DNA of 64,000 nucleotides from Patescibacteria group bacterium (GTDB lineage: Bacteria > Patescibacteriota > Patescibacteriia > Patescibacteriales > UBA12465). Positions within the stretch are counted from its first letter, which is position 1, and each line of letters begins with the position of its first letter. A program made the translations under genes and the position numbers. The DNA lies in contig JAVEZP010000004.1 of the NCBI GenBank assembly GCA_034002925.1, positions 16,626 through 80,625 on the forward strand. Direction: 5' to 3'. This document shows, one piece after another, positions 10,116-19,209 of this stretch. The notes under the pieces are model-generated. The model did no database searches and was not told the origin of the DNA. It saw nothing but the letters and a program-made list of their open reading frames with translations.

Positions 10116-10179
10116 TAATTATTATTAGCTTTCTTGTCAAGATTTAATAAATGTGAAAGATATATTATACTAATAATAT

Positions 10180-10770
10180 ATGATTGCCTATCTTAAGGGC
10201 CAAGTTTTGGCTAAAAATAATAATTATTTAATATTAGGGGTAAATGATGTTGGTTATAAATTATTTGCTACTGAAGCTTTTTTGGCGTCTTTAAAGGTGA
10301 CTGCCGTTCAAGAATTTTATATCTCTCATCAAGTCCGAGAAGAGGCCTCTGATCTTTATGCTTTTAAAGATTTAGAAGAGTTGGATATGTTTGAATTATT
10401 ATTATCAGTTTCAGGTGTCGGCCCCAAATCGGCTTTAGCGGTCATTGCCTTAGCTTCACCAGCAGATATTAAAGAAGCGGTAGCGAGAGACGATGCTAGT
10501 TTACTAATTAAAGTTTCTGGTATTGGTAAAAAAACAGCGGAACGAGTAGTTTTAGAGTTAAAGGGTAAGATTATGAAAAAATTAGCTAGTCAAGTTAGTG
10601 TTTTTAAAGATTTACCCTCTACTTTTAGTGATGAGTTAGAAGCTTTAATGTCACTAGGCTACGCCTTAGTAGAAGCAAGAGAGGCCTTGCAGAGTTTAGA
10701 TTCTAATCTCACAGATAGTGGTGAGAGAGTGAAAGCGGCCTTAAAAAAATTAAGTAAAAGACTAAAATAA
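10180..10770 (+). CDS. ruvA: Holliday junction branch-migration protein RuvA
   Basis: MIAYLKGQV start; HhH motifs LLSVSGVGPKSALAVI and VSGIGKKTAERVVLELK. Confidence 0.9.
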   Translation: MIAYLKGQVLAKNNNYLILGVNDVGYKLFATEAFLASLKVTAVQEFYISHQVREEASDLYAFKDLEELDMFELLLSVSGVGPKSALAVIALASPADIKEAVARDDASLLIKVSGIGKKTAERVVLELKGKIMKKLASQVSVFKDLPSTFSDELEALMSLGYALVEAREALQSLDSNLTDSGERVKAALKKLSKRLK

Positions 10771-10775
10771 TTTAT

Positions 10776-12002
10776 ATGAAACAATCGCAATTATTTACTC
10801 GGACTTTAAAAGAGATACCGAAAGATGAAACAAATTATAATGCACAAGTATTGTTAAGGGCTGGTTTTATTGATAAAGTGGCGGCTGGTGTCTATTCTTT
10901 TTTGCCTTTAGGTTGGCGAGTGCTGGGTAAGATTAGAGATATTATTCGAGAAGAAATGGAAACTGTGGGTGGTCAAGAAATTAATATGCCTGCTTTTGCT
11001 CCTAAAGAAAATTGGGCGGCGACTGGTCGTTGGGAGTCGCTTGATATTCTCTTTAAAATTTCGGCTTCCGACAAGAAAGAATATGCTTTAAATCCTACCC
11101 ATGAAGAAGTAGTTACGCCTTTAGCTAAAAAATTTATTTACTCTTATCGGGAATTACCATTTGCGGTGTTTCAAATTCAAACTAAATTTCGTAATGAAAA
11201 GAGAGCTAAGGCTGGTTTGCTCAGGGGGCGTGAGTTTTTAATGAAGGATTTATATTCTTTTCATGCTAGTCAAGAAGATTTAGATCAGTATTATGAGCAA
11301 GTAATTGGCGCTTATACTCGTATTTTTGAAAGAGTAGGCTTAGGTGATTTAACATATCTTACCTTTGCTTCTGGTGGTACTTTTGCTAAATATTCTCATG
11401 AATTTCAGACTATTTCTGAGGCAGGGGAGGATTTGATTTATGTTTGTGATAAATGTCGTTTGGCAATTAATAAAGAAATTATTAGTGAACAATCAACTTG
11501 TCCTCAGTGCGGTAATAGTGATTTAAAAGAAATGAAAGCATCGGAAGTGGGGAATATTTTTAAATTAGGCACTAAATATTCTGAGCCTTTTAATTTACAT
11601 TATCAAAGCGCTGATGGTGAAAAAAAGACGGTGATTATGGGTTGTTATGGGATTGGTTTGAGCCGTATTATGGGTATGATTGCAGAAATTTGTCATGATG
11701 ATCGAGGTTTGATGTGGCCAATGAATGTTGCTCCTTTTAGAGTGCATTTATTATCTTTGACGCAGAACGAACAAGCGCAAAAGCTTTATGACGAGTTGCA
11801 ACAAACTGGCATTGAAGTGCTATTTGATGAGCGGGATGTTTCGGCGGGTGAAAAATTTGCTGATGCCGATCTAATCGGTTGTCCTTATCGTTTAGTAGTG
11901 AGCGAGAAATCATTGAAAGCCGGAGGAGTGGAATTTAAAAAACGTCAGGAAAAAGATTTTAAGATTGTAAATATTAATGAAATAATCTCATATGTTAAGT
12001 AA
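10776..12002 (+). CDS. proS: Prolyl-tRNA synthetase, bacterial type lacking the INS editing domain
   Basis: Class II motif 2 (FRNEKRAKAGLLRGREFLMKDLYSF) and motif 3 (GCYGIGLSRIMG). Only about 30 aa, carrying CDKC...CPQC, occupy the position of INS. Confidence 0.9.
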   Translation: MKQSQLFTRTLKEIPKDETNYNAQVLLRAGFIDKVAAGVYSFLPLGWRVLGKIRDIIREEMETVGGQEINMPAFAPKENWAATGRWESLDILFKISASDKKEYALNPTHEEVVTPLAKKFIYSYRELPFAVFQIQTKFRNEKRAKAGLLRGREFLMKDLYSFHASQEDLDQYYEQVIGAYTRIFERVGLGDLTYLTFASGGTFAKYSHEFQTISEAGEDLIYVCDKCRLAINKEIISEQSTCPQCGNSDLKEMKASEVGNIFKLGTKYSEPFNLHYQSADGEKKTVIMGCYGIGLSRIMGMIAEICHDDRGLMWPMNVAPFRVHLLSLTQNEQAQKLYDELQQTGIEVLFDERDVSAGEKFADADLIGCPYRLVVSEKSLKAGGVEFKKRQEKDFKIVNINEIISYVK

Positions 12003-13038
12003 AATTATTGGTAAATTTAGTCATGATTTGGGTATTGATTTAGGCACTAAAAACACCCTCATCGTGATGAGTGACAAGGGTTTAGTTATTAATGAGCCAT
12101 CGGTAGTGGCAATTAATAAAAGAACAAATGAAATTTTAGAGGTTGGTGAAGCGGCTCGAAAAATGGTAGGAAAAACTCCAGCTCACATTGAAGCTATTAA
12201 ACCTTTAATTGATGGGGTTATTTCTGATTTTGAGGTTACTGAAAAAATGTTGAAGTATTTTTTAGCCAAAGTGCATCGTGAGCACTTTGCTTTATTCCCA
12301 CGCCCTCGAGTTGTTATTGGTATTCCTCTTGATTTAACAGAGGTAGAGAAAAAAGCGGTGGAAGATGCGGCTCGATCAGCGGGTGCACGTAAGGTTTATT
12401 TGGTGGAAGAAGCCATGGTCTCTGCTGTTGGGGCACATTTACCAGTGACTGAGGCAACAGCCACCATGATGGTTGATATTGGTGGTGGTAGTACTGAAAT
12501 TGCCGTCATTTCTTTGGGTGGTGTAGTCACTTGGAAATCTTTACGTTTAGCGGGCAATGAATTTGATCACAATATTATCGAATACATTAGGGAAGAGTTC
12601 AATATTTTAATTGGTGAGCAATTAGCTGAAGAGATAAAAATAAACATTGGTTCGGCAATTGCCACTGGAGAAACACAAGAGATGGAAGTGCGTGGTCGAG
12701 ATTTAATTAATGGTTTGCCTAAAGCCATTATTGTCAACGATGAGCAGATACGAGAAGCGATTAGTCGGACAGTGACTAAGATTATTGATAATATTAAGAC
12801 AATTTTAGAAACTACCCCTCCAGAGTTAGTATCTGATATTTATGAGAGAGGCATTTATTTAGCTGGTGGTGGTTCTTTACTGAGAGGTTTAGATCAGGCT
12901 ATTTCAGTAGCGGCTAAGATTCCTGTTAAAATTGTTGATGATCCTTTAACTTGTGTGGCTCGCGGAGCTGGTATTTTAATTAGTGATCCCGAGTTGTTGA
13001 CTAAAGTGACTTTAGCTAACGTGGTGCCTGATAAATAA
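11992..13038 (+). CDS. mreB: Rod-shape actin homolog MreB
   Basis: GIDLGTKNTLI, VINEPSVVA, DIGGGSTEIAVISLGG, GIYLAGGGSLLRGLD. Overlaps the proS stop by 11 nt. Confidence 0.92.
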   Translation: MLSKIIGKFSHDLGIDLGTKNTLIVMSDKGLVINEPSVVAINKRTNEILEVGEAARKMVGKTPAHIEAIKPLIDGVISDFEVTEKMLKYFLAKVHREHFALFPRPRVVIGIPLDLTEVEKKAVEDAARSAGARKVYLVEEAMVSAVGAHLPVTEATATMMVDIGGGSTEIAVISLGGVVTWKSLRLAGNEFDHNIIEYIREEFNILIGEQLAEEIKINIGSAIATGETQEMEVRGRDLINGLPKAIIVNDEQIREAISRTVTKIIDNIKTILETTPPELVSDIYERGIYLAGGGSLLRGLDQAISVAAKIPVKIVDDPLTCVARGAGILISDPELLTKVTLANVVPDK

Positions 13039-13040
13039 TT

Positions 13041-13853
13041 ATGAAATTATTTTTGCATTCAAAAAAATTTTGGTTCTGGTTATTACTCATTTTTTTAATT
13101 TTTATTTTTCACTTTATCGGCTTACTAAGACCGCTAGAAAGTGTTTTACTAAGAGCAACTAGTCCGATTAATCAATATTTTCATCGTTTATCAACTAATA
13201 TTTATGATCGTGGTTCAGATTTTGATTCTTTAGATGAGGCTAATGAGGAATTAGCGAGGCTTAAGGGGCAATTAGCTAGGGCCACAGTTAATGAAGCACA
13301 AATGGAGCTATTAGTGGAAGAGAATGCCAAATTAAGACAACAGCTGGATTTTGTTAGTAATAATGATTACAGTACTTTAAGCGCTAATATTGTTTCGCGT
13401 CAAAATTTATTTAATGGCACAGACAGGGTTCAGGATATTATTTTAGATAAAGGTTTAGCTGATGGTGTCATTCCTGGTTTAGGAGTAGTTGATGAGCAGG
13501 GAATTATTATTGGTAAAATAGTGGAGAGTAAAGATTATAGTGCTCGGGCTTGTTTAACAGTAGCTCCGGCTTGTAATTTAGCCGTAGGCATTCTGAACTC
13601 AGACCGTACTTTGGGCTTATCTGATGGTGATCTTGGTCTAACTATTAAATTAGATTACGTGCCACAATTAGAAAATATAAATCAAGGTGATATTGTTATT
13701 ACTTCTGGTCTTGGCGACAACATTCCTCGTGGGCTAGTTGTTGGTCGGGTAACGCAAGTAAATAAACAAAGTAATGAAATTTGGCAGGATGTTAGTATTG
13801 AATCTTTAGCCTCTATTTATAATCTAACCGTGGTATCAGTTATTATTCCTTGA
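13041..13853 (+). CDS. mreC: Rod-shape protein MreC
   Basis: Immediately after mreB. TM helix, coiled coil, and the beta-domain motif GDIVITSGLGDNIPRGLVVGRV. Confidence 0.75.
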   Translation: MKLFLHSKKFWFWLLLIFLIFIFHFIGLLRPLESVLLRATSPINQYFHRLSTNIYDRGSDFDSLDEANEELARLKGQLARATVNEAQMELLVEENAKLRQQLDFVSNNDYSTLSANIVSRQNLFNGTDRVQDIILDKGLADGVIPGLGVVDEQGIIIGKIVESKDYSARACLTVAPACNLAVGILNSDRTLGLSDGDLGLTIKLDYVPQLENINQGDIVITSGLGDNIPRGLVVGRVTQVNKQSNEIWQDVSIESLASIYNLTVVSVIIP

Positions 13854-13857
13854 ACCT

Positions 13858-14397
13858 ATGTTTAAAATAGTTACTCAGTCGGTATTTTTATTCTTTTTAG
13901 CACTCTTGCTGGTTATTTTACAATTTTCTTTTATTAGTTCTACTCCTTATCCTTGGTATAATTTTAACTTGCTTTTATTAGTTTTAATTCTGGCTTTTCT
14001 TGTTAGCCCTAAAGAGCGGGTGTTTTTTTTAGCTTTAGCAATGGGTTATTTAGTGGATATTTTTAGTTTTCAATCTTTTGGAGCAGCTACTCTTTCTATG
14101 TTTTTAAGTGCTTTAATTATTTATTTAGTACTGGAAAACATACTCACTAATCGTTCGCTCTATTCTTTTATTATTTTAGCCATGTTGGGTATTTTAACTG
14201 ATCGGCTTTTCTATCATTTTTTTGTTTTTATTTTTGATTGGTCTGGGAATAATTCTGGCTTTTTTTTGTGGCAAGGATTTTTCTGGGAATCTTTGGCTTG
14301 GAGTCTCTTCTTTGGCCTTATTCTACTCATTCTTTCCTTTCATTTAATTGTTATTCTTAATAAAAAGCTAAAGCCTTTCTTTTTAAGTAAGGGATAA
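13858..14397 (+). CDS. mreD: Polytopic membrane protein, probable MreD
   Basis: Position after mreC and 5-6 hydrophobic helices; no catalytic motif. Confidence 0.55.
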   Translation: MFKIVTQSVFLFFLALLLVILQFSFISSTPYPWYNFNLLLLVLILAFLVSPKERVFFLALAMGYLVDIFSFQSFGAATLSMFLSALIIYLVLENILTNRSLYSFIILAMLGILTDRLFYHFFVFIFDWSGNNSGFFLWQGFFWESLAWSLFFGLILLILSFHLIVILNKKLKPFFLSKG

Positions 14398-14427
14398 TAT
14401 GTTATGATAAGTAGATAAAATAAGCAT

Positions 14428-15411
14428 ATGAGTAAAAAAATTATTACTATTGGAGGCGCGACACGTGATATCACTTTTTTAACCACCGAAGGAGTCTTAA
14501 TTGATAATCATCGTGATATTTTACGTCAAAAATTATTAGCCTTTGAATATGGGGCTAAAATTAAGGTAGATCATTTCTATAATCTTTTTGGCGGGGGAGC
14601 AGCTAATGCAGCCGTAAATTTTGCTAAAAGCGCTTTTAAGGTGTCTTGCTTGGCTTGTGTTGGTGAGGACGATAGTGGTCGACAGATTATTAGTAATTTA
14701 AAGCAGCGGGGAGTAAATACAAAATTAATGTTAGTTGATAAAAAACAAGAGACAGGCTTGTCTTTTATTTTGGTGGCTGATAAAGGGGAGCGTATTATTT
14801 TTACCAATCGTTCAGCGAATAATAATTTAAAAATTGGAGTTGAGATGCAAAAATATTTAAAGTCAGCTGATTGGCTTTATCTAGCGTCTTTGTCTGGATC
14901 TTGGCGCCAAACTTTAAAACAAATTTTTGCTATATCAGGTCCAAAAATTGCTTGGAATCCAGGCCTGAGTCAATATCAGGCTGGGCTGAAAGCGTTGCAA
15001 CCGTTTTTAAAGAAAACTAGTGTTTTTTGTGTGAATAAAGATGAAGCTATTGAATTAGTTTTAAGTCATTCTGCCTATCGTGGTAAGCATCCTAATTTTT
15101 TAGAAGATATTAATAATCTCTTGGTAATTTTAAAGAATATGGGTCCGGAAATAGTTTTAATTACTGATGGCGAAAAAGGAGCTGATGCTTATGATGGTAA
15201 AAATTTCTATCATCAAAATATTTTTAAAGAAAAAAAGCGAGTTGATATTACTGGTGTTGGCGACGCTTTTAATTCTTCTTTTATTATCGGTTTAAATCTC
15301 AGTGGTGGCGATATAAAAAAAGCTCTTTATGTAGGGGCTAAAAATACGGCCGCTAAAATTGCGCATTTTGGCGCTCAAAGTGGTTTATTAGATTTAAGAA
15401 AATTAATTTAA
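14428..15411 (+). CDS. PfkB/ribokinase-family carbohydrate kinase
   Basis: GGGAANAA near the N-terminus and DITGVGDAFNSSF, the PfkB C-terminal signature. Confidence 0.8.
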   Translation: MSKKIITIGGATRDITFLTTEGVLIDNHRDILRQKLLAFEYGAKIKVDHFYNLFGGGAANAAVNFAKSAFKVSCLACVGEDDSGRQIISNLKQRGVNTKLMLVDKKQETGLSFILVADKGERIIFTNRSANNNLKIGVEMQKYLKSADWLYLASLSGSWRQTLKQIFAISGPKIAWNPGLSQYQAGLKALQPFLKKTSVFCVNKDEAIELVLSHSAYRGKHPNFLEDINNLLVILKNMGPEIVLITDGEKGADAYDGKNFYHQNIFKEKKRVDITGVGDAFNSSFIIGLNLSGGDIKKALYVGAKNTAAKIAHFGAQSGLLDLRKLI

Positions 15412-15415
15412 TTAT

Positions 15416-15868
15416 ATGATTGAAGGGGTAATAATAAAAAATTTAAAAAAATTTAGTGATGACAGAGGCTGGTTAACAGAAATCTATCGTCGTGATGAAT
15501 TAGATAGCTCTCCGGCTATGTCTTATGTGAGCCTGACTTTACCAGGAGTGGTTCGTGGCCCTCATGAACATGTTTATCAAAGTGATTATTTTATCTTTAT
15601 TGGACCAGGTAATTTTCGTCTCTATTTATGGGACAGGCGATCTGGTTCTGCTAGTAATGGCAAGAAAATGGAGATAGAGGTTGGAGTTGATAATCCTTGC
15701 GCTGTTTTAGTGCCACCAGGGGTTGTTCATGGTTATAAGTGTATTTCTGATGTTCCAGCATTGTCTATTAATTTACCAGATAAACTCTATAAAGGGGTGG
15801 GGAAGACGGATGAGATTGATGAGATTCGTTGGGAAGAAGATGAAAATAGTCCTTATATTATTAATTAA
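15416..15868 (+). CDS. RmlC-like cupin (dTDP-4-dehydrorhamnose 3,5-epimerase-like)
   Basis: FSDDRGWLTEIYR, GPHEH and VLVPPGVVHGY resemble RmlC, but it is short at 150 aa. Confidence 0.6.
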   Translation: MIEGVIIKNLKKFSDDRGWLTEIYRRDELDSSPAMSYVSLTLPGVVRGPHEHVYQSDYFIFIGPGNFRLYLWDRRSGSASNGKKMEIEVGVDNPCAVLVPPGVVHGYKCISDVPALSINLPDKLYKGVGKTDEIDEIRWEEDENSPYIIN

Positions 15869-15874
15869 AATAAT

Positions 15875-16270
15875 ATGTGTGTATTTTGTAAAATTGTTGC
15901 TGGAGAAATTCCGGCTTATAAAGTTTATGAAGATGAAAAAGTGTTGGCTTTTTTAGATATTAAACCAGTTCATCCTGGTCATATTTTAATTATTCCTAAA
16001 CAACACGTAGCTACTTTAGAAGCAGTCAGTCCCGAAACTTTACAGGCCTTAATTTTAATTGTTAAAAAATTAGGGGGCGCTTTAAAAGAAAAAATGAATT
16101 ATGAGGGTTATAATGTTTGTCTGAATAACGATCCAGTAGCTAATCAAGAAATTCCTCATTTGCATTTTCATATTATTCCGCGCGTGAGTGGCGATGGTTT
16201 AAAAGGTTGGCCACAGCAAGAATATGCCGCTGGAGAAGCTGAGAAAATACAAAATAAATTAAAGTGTTAA
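15875..16270 (+). CDS. HIT (histidine triad) family nucleotide hydrolase/transferase
   Basis: CVFCKI start region and the histidine triad HLHFHIIPR. Confidence 0.9.
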   Translation: MCVFCKIVAGEIPAYKVYEDEKVLAFLDIKPVHPGHILIIPKQHVATLEAVSPETLQALILIVKKLGGALKEKMNYEGYNVCLNNDPVANQEIPHLHFHIIPRVSGDGLKGWPQQEYAAGEAEKIQNKLKC

Positions 16271-16274
16271 AATT

Positions 16275-16691
16275 ATGCCTAACTTTTCTGGTGAATGCTT
16301 TGAACCTGTTATCAAAGCAAACAGTCAAGATGGTCTGCCTAAATCAAGAGGGCTTTATGAGCACGATATTGATAGTTTGGATTATTTGAGTGTCTGTGAG
16401 GCAGCAAAAATTTTGAGAACAGAAATTTATAATGAAGCATTGGGATTATTTAAAAATTCACCAAAAATGTTACAACAATTATTGTTTAAAGAGGGCGATA
16501 ATGATCATAAAAACATGTCGTTAGCCTTATTTAATAACAAATTTCCTTTGACTACTCTAAACTCTTTGTCAATTGTAAAAAGGTTTTTAAGGGATAGAGC
16601 TGATTTGTTGGTGCATCCAGATGAAAAATCAAAAATCCCTGCTTTACTTCATTTTGTAGAAAATTTAATGTCTCAAGAATTAAAAAAATAA
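16275..16691 (+). CDS. Hypothetical protein
   Basis: 138-aa ORF packed 4 nt after the HIT gene and 9 nt before rmlB; no recognisable motif. Confidence 0.4.
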   Translation: MPNFSGECFEPVIKANSQDGLPKSRGLYEHDIDSLDYLSVCEAAKILRTEIYNEALGLFKNSPKMLQQLLFKEGDNDHKNMSLALFNNKFPLTTLNSLSIVKRFLRDRADLLVHPDEKSKIPALLHFVENLMSQELKK

Positions 16692-16700
16692 AATTATTTT

Positions 16701-17663
16701 ATGAAATTATTAGTGACTGGCGGAGCTGGTTTTATTGGCTCTAATTTTATTCATTATTGGCTCAATAAATATCAAGATGATGAAATCATTAATCTTGATA
16801 GCTTAACTTATGCTGGTAATTTAGAGAATTTAAGCGATCTTGCCAATAATTCACGTTATCGTTTTATTAAAGGAGATATTAGTGATGCTCAGATTGTAGC
16901 TCAGGCAATGACAGGGGTAGATGTGGTCGTACATTTTGCAGCCGAAAGCCATGTTGATCGTTCTATCGTAGATAGCACTAATTTTATTCGTACCAATATT
17001 GAAGGTACCAGAGTTCTTTTAGAAGCGGCTAGAAGTTTAGGTAATATTCGTTTTCATCATATTTCTACAGATGAAGTTTTTGGCGCCTTAACTCTAGAAG
17101 CAGCTCCTTTTAATGAGCATAGTCCGTATGACCCTCGCTCCCCTTATAGTGCTTCTAAGGCGGCTTCTGATCATTTAGTGCGTGCTTATTTTCATACTTA
17201 TAAGCTACCGATTACTATTTCTAATTGTTCAAATAATTATGGCCCCTATCAGTTTCCAGAGAAACTAATTCCTCTCTTTATCACTAATTTGCTTGATCAA
17301 AAAAAATTACCACTTTACGGTTCTGGTTTAAATGTGCGTGACTGGATTCATGTTGATGATCATAATCGTGGAGTTGAATTAATTATTAAAAAAGGCAAAA
17401 TTGGTGAAACATATTGTTTGGGGGGCAATAGTGAGAAAAATAATTTAGAAATGAGTCATTTAATTTTGCAGTTAATGGGTTATGGTGAGGAAATGATTGA
17501 ACATGTGAGTGATCGCTTGGGCCATGATTTGCGTTATGCCATTGATTTTAGCAAAGCTAAAAAAGATTTAGCTTGGGAGCCAGAAATTAAATTAGAAGAT
17601 GGTTTAGCAAAAACGATTGAGTGGTATAAAAATAATGAAGCTTGGTGGCGAACTTTGAAATAA
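16701..17663 (+). CDS. rfbB: dTDP-glucose 4,6-dehydratase
   Basis: VTGGAGFIGSNF, HFAAESHVDRS, YSASKAASDHLVRAY, and the C-terminal WYKNNEAWW. Confidence 0.9.
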   Translation: MKLLVTGGAGFIGSNFIHYWLNKYQDDEIINLDSLTYAGNLENLSDLANNSRYRFIKGDISDAQIVAQAMTGVDVVVHFAAESHVDRSIVDSTNFIRTNIEGTRVLLEAARSLGNIRFHHISTDEVFGALTLEAAPFNEHSPYDPRSPYSASKAASDHLVRAYFHTYKLPITISNCSNNYGPYQFPEKLIPLFITNLLDQKKLPLYGSGLNVRDWIHVDDHNRGVELIIKKGKIGETYCLGGNSEKNNLEMSHLILQLMGYGEEMIEHVSDRLGHDLRYAIDFSKAKKDLAWEPEIKLEDGLAKTIEWYKNNEAWWRTLK

Positions 17664-17682
17664 GCTAATAATATAAAAATAT

Positions 17683-18111
17683 ATGTCTGAGAAAAAAATT
17701 TTTATTATAGAAGATGATGTTGACATTCTCTACGGTTTATCTGCTCAGCTAGGAGCCGAGGATTTTGTAGTGGAGACCAGTGATGGTGATGAAGAGTTGG
17801 ATGCATTGCTGCAGTCCATTTTAGATTTTGATCCTGACTACATTATTCTTGATTTAATTCTACCTAAGTTAGATGGTTTTGAAGTGTTAAAAAAAATTAG
17901 GGAAGAGGCGGAACTGAGTGATATTCCGGTTTTTATCTTTACCGATTTAAGCGATGAAGATAGTCGTCAGCGTAGTTTAAATATGGGGGCTGACCAATAT
18001 TTTCTTAAAGATGATTTCGATATTTATCAATTTGCTGAAAAAATTAAAAAAATTATTGCCAATCAAGATGACCCGGTAAGTGCCGAGGATTTAGATCTTG
18101 GTCTAGATTAA
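17683..18111 (+). CDS. Stand-alone response-regulator receiver (CheY-like) protein
   Basis: IFIIEDDVD acidic pocket, phospho-acceptor context IILDLILPKLDG, FIFTDLSD, and a conserved Lys in YFLKD. No output domain. Confidence 0.85.
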   Translation: MSEKKIFIIEDDVDILYGLSAQLGAEDFVVETSDGDEELDALLQSILDFDPDYIILDLILPKLDGFEVLKKIREEAELSDIPVFIFTDLSDEDSRQRSLNMGADQYFLKDDFDIYQFAEKIKKIIANQDDPVSAEDLDLGLD

Positions 18112-18120
18112 TTTTTTAGT

Positions 18121-18149
18121 TTGACATTTTTGCTATTTATTAGTAATAT
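18121..18149 (+). promoter_or_regulatory. Sigma-70-type promoter for the second mreB
   Basis: TTGACA (18121-18126), 17-nt spacer, TAATAT (18144-18149). Confidence 0.6.
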
Positions 18150-18199
18150 TAAGGCTACTAAAGTAAGTATTTATTAGTAATTTTTTGTTTTTTTATCTT

Positions 18200-19207
18200 A
18201 TGTTTATTAAGCGCATTGGAATTGATTTAGGCACAACTTATACCTTGGTTCATTTGCCAAAAAGGGGCATTGTTATTAATGAACCATCTGTTGTAGCGGT
18301 GTCAGTGGATGACAATAAAATTTTAGCAGTGGGTAACGAAGCGCGCGATATGTTGGGCAGAACTCCCGACACCATTGTAGCAGCTAGACCGTTAAAAGAT
18401 GGAGTGATTGCTGATTATCGTACTACCGAAGCGATGATTCGTTATTTTATCAACAAAACCTTAGGAGGTATTAGGTTATTTCGTCCGGAGGTGATGGTGG
18501 CAGTGCCAGCTGGTATTTCTTCTACTGAAAGAAGGGCGGTGATTGAGGCTACAATTGCTGCGGGGGCAAAAGCCGCATATATCATTAAAGAGCCAGTGGC
18601 AGCAGCTATTGGTGCTGATATCCCCATCGGTTCTGCTACTGGTCATATGATTATTGATATTGGTGGTGGCACAGCAGAAATGGCAGTGATTTCTTTAGGC
18701 GGAGTGGTGGCCTCTACTTCAGTGCGGGTAGGTGGCAATAAGCTTGATGCTGCTATTTTAGAACATGTGAGAAAAAAATATAATCTGGCTATTGGCGAAA
18801 GAACTGCCGAAGAAATAAAAATTAATATTGGTTCCGCTTTGTTTATGGAGGATAAGTTGTATATGGAAATTAGAGGTCGTGATATTGTGACTGGCCTACC
18901 TAGAAGCATCACTGTCTCTAGCGATGATGTGACTGAGGCTATCCAAAATGAGTTAGAAGCAATTATTGGAGCTGCTAAGAAAGTTTTACAAAAAACACCA
19001 CCAGAATTAGCGGCTGATATTATTGATAAGGGTATTATTTTATCTGGTGGCAGTGCTTTGTTACGCAATATCGATCAGCTCGTTGCTCGAACAACTGGAG
19101 TGCCCGCCTATATCGCTGATGATGCGTTGCTGTGCGTAGCTAAAGGCACCGGCATTGCTTTAGATAATCTTGATTCTTATAAACGTAGCATTTTAGCGAC
19201 TAAGTAA
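18200..19207 (+). CDS. mreB: MreB paralog (actin-like)
   Basis: GIDLGTTYTLV, VINEPSVVAV, DIGGGTAEMAVISLGG, GIILSGGSALLRNID. The ATG at 18200 is preferred over the TTG at 18185. Confidence 0.9.
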   Translation: MFIKRIGIDLGTTYTLVHLPKRGIVINEPSVVAVSVDDNKILAVGNEARDMLGRTPDTIVAARPLKDGVIADYRTTEAMIRYFINKTLGGIRLFRPEVMVAVPAGISSTERRAVIEATIAAGAKAAYIIKEPVAAAIGADIPIGSATGHMIIDIGGGTAEMAVISLGGVVASTSVRVGGNKLDAAILEHVRKKYNLAIGERTAEEIKINIGSALFMEDKLYMEIRGRDIVTGLPRSITVSSDDVTEAIQNELEAIIGAAKKVLQKTPPELAADIIDKGIILSGGSALLRNIDQLVARTTGVPAYIADDALLCVAKGTGIALDNLDSYKRSILATK

Positions 19208-19209
19208 TT

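Noticed and set aside
10134-10171. Promoter for ruvA (TTGTCA with TATATT/TATACT).
   Set aside because: Spacing between the -35-like and -10-like hexamers is 21-26 nt, outside the functional range.
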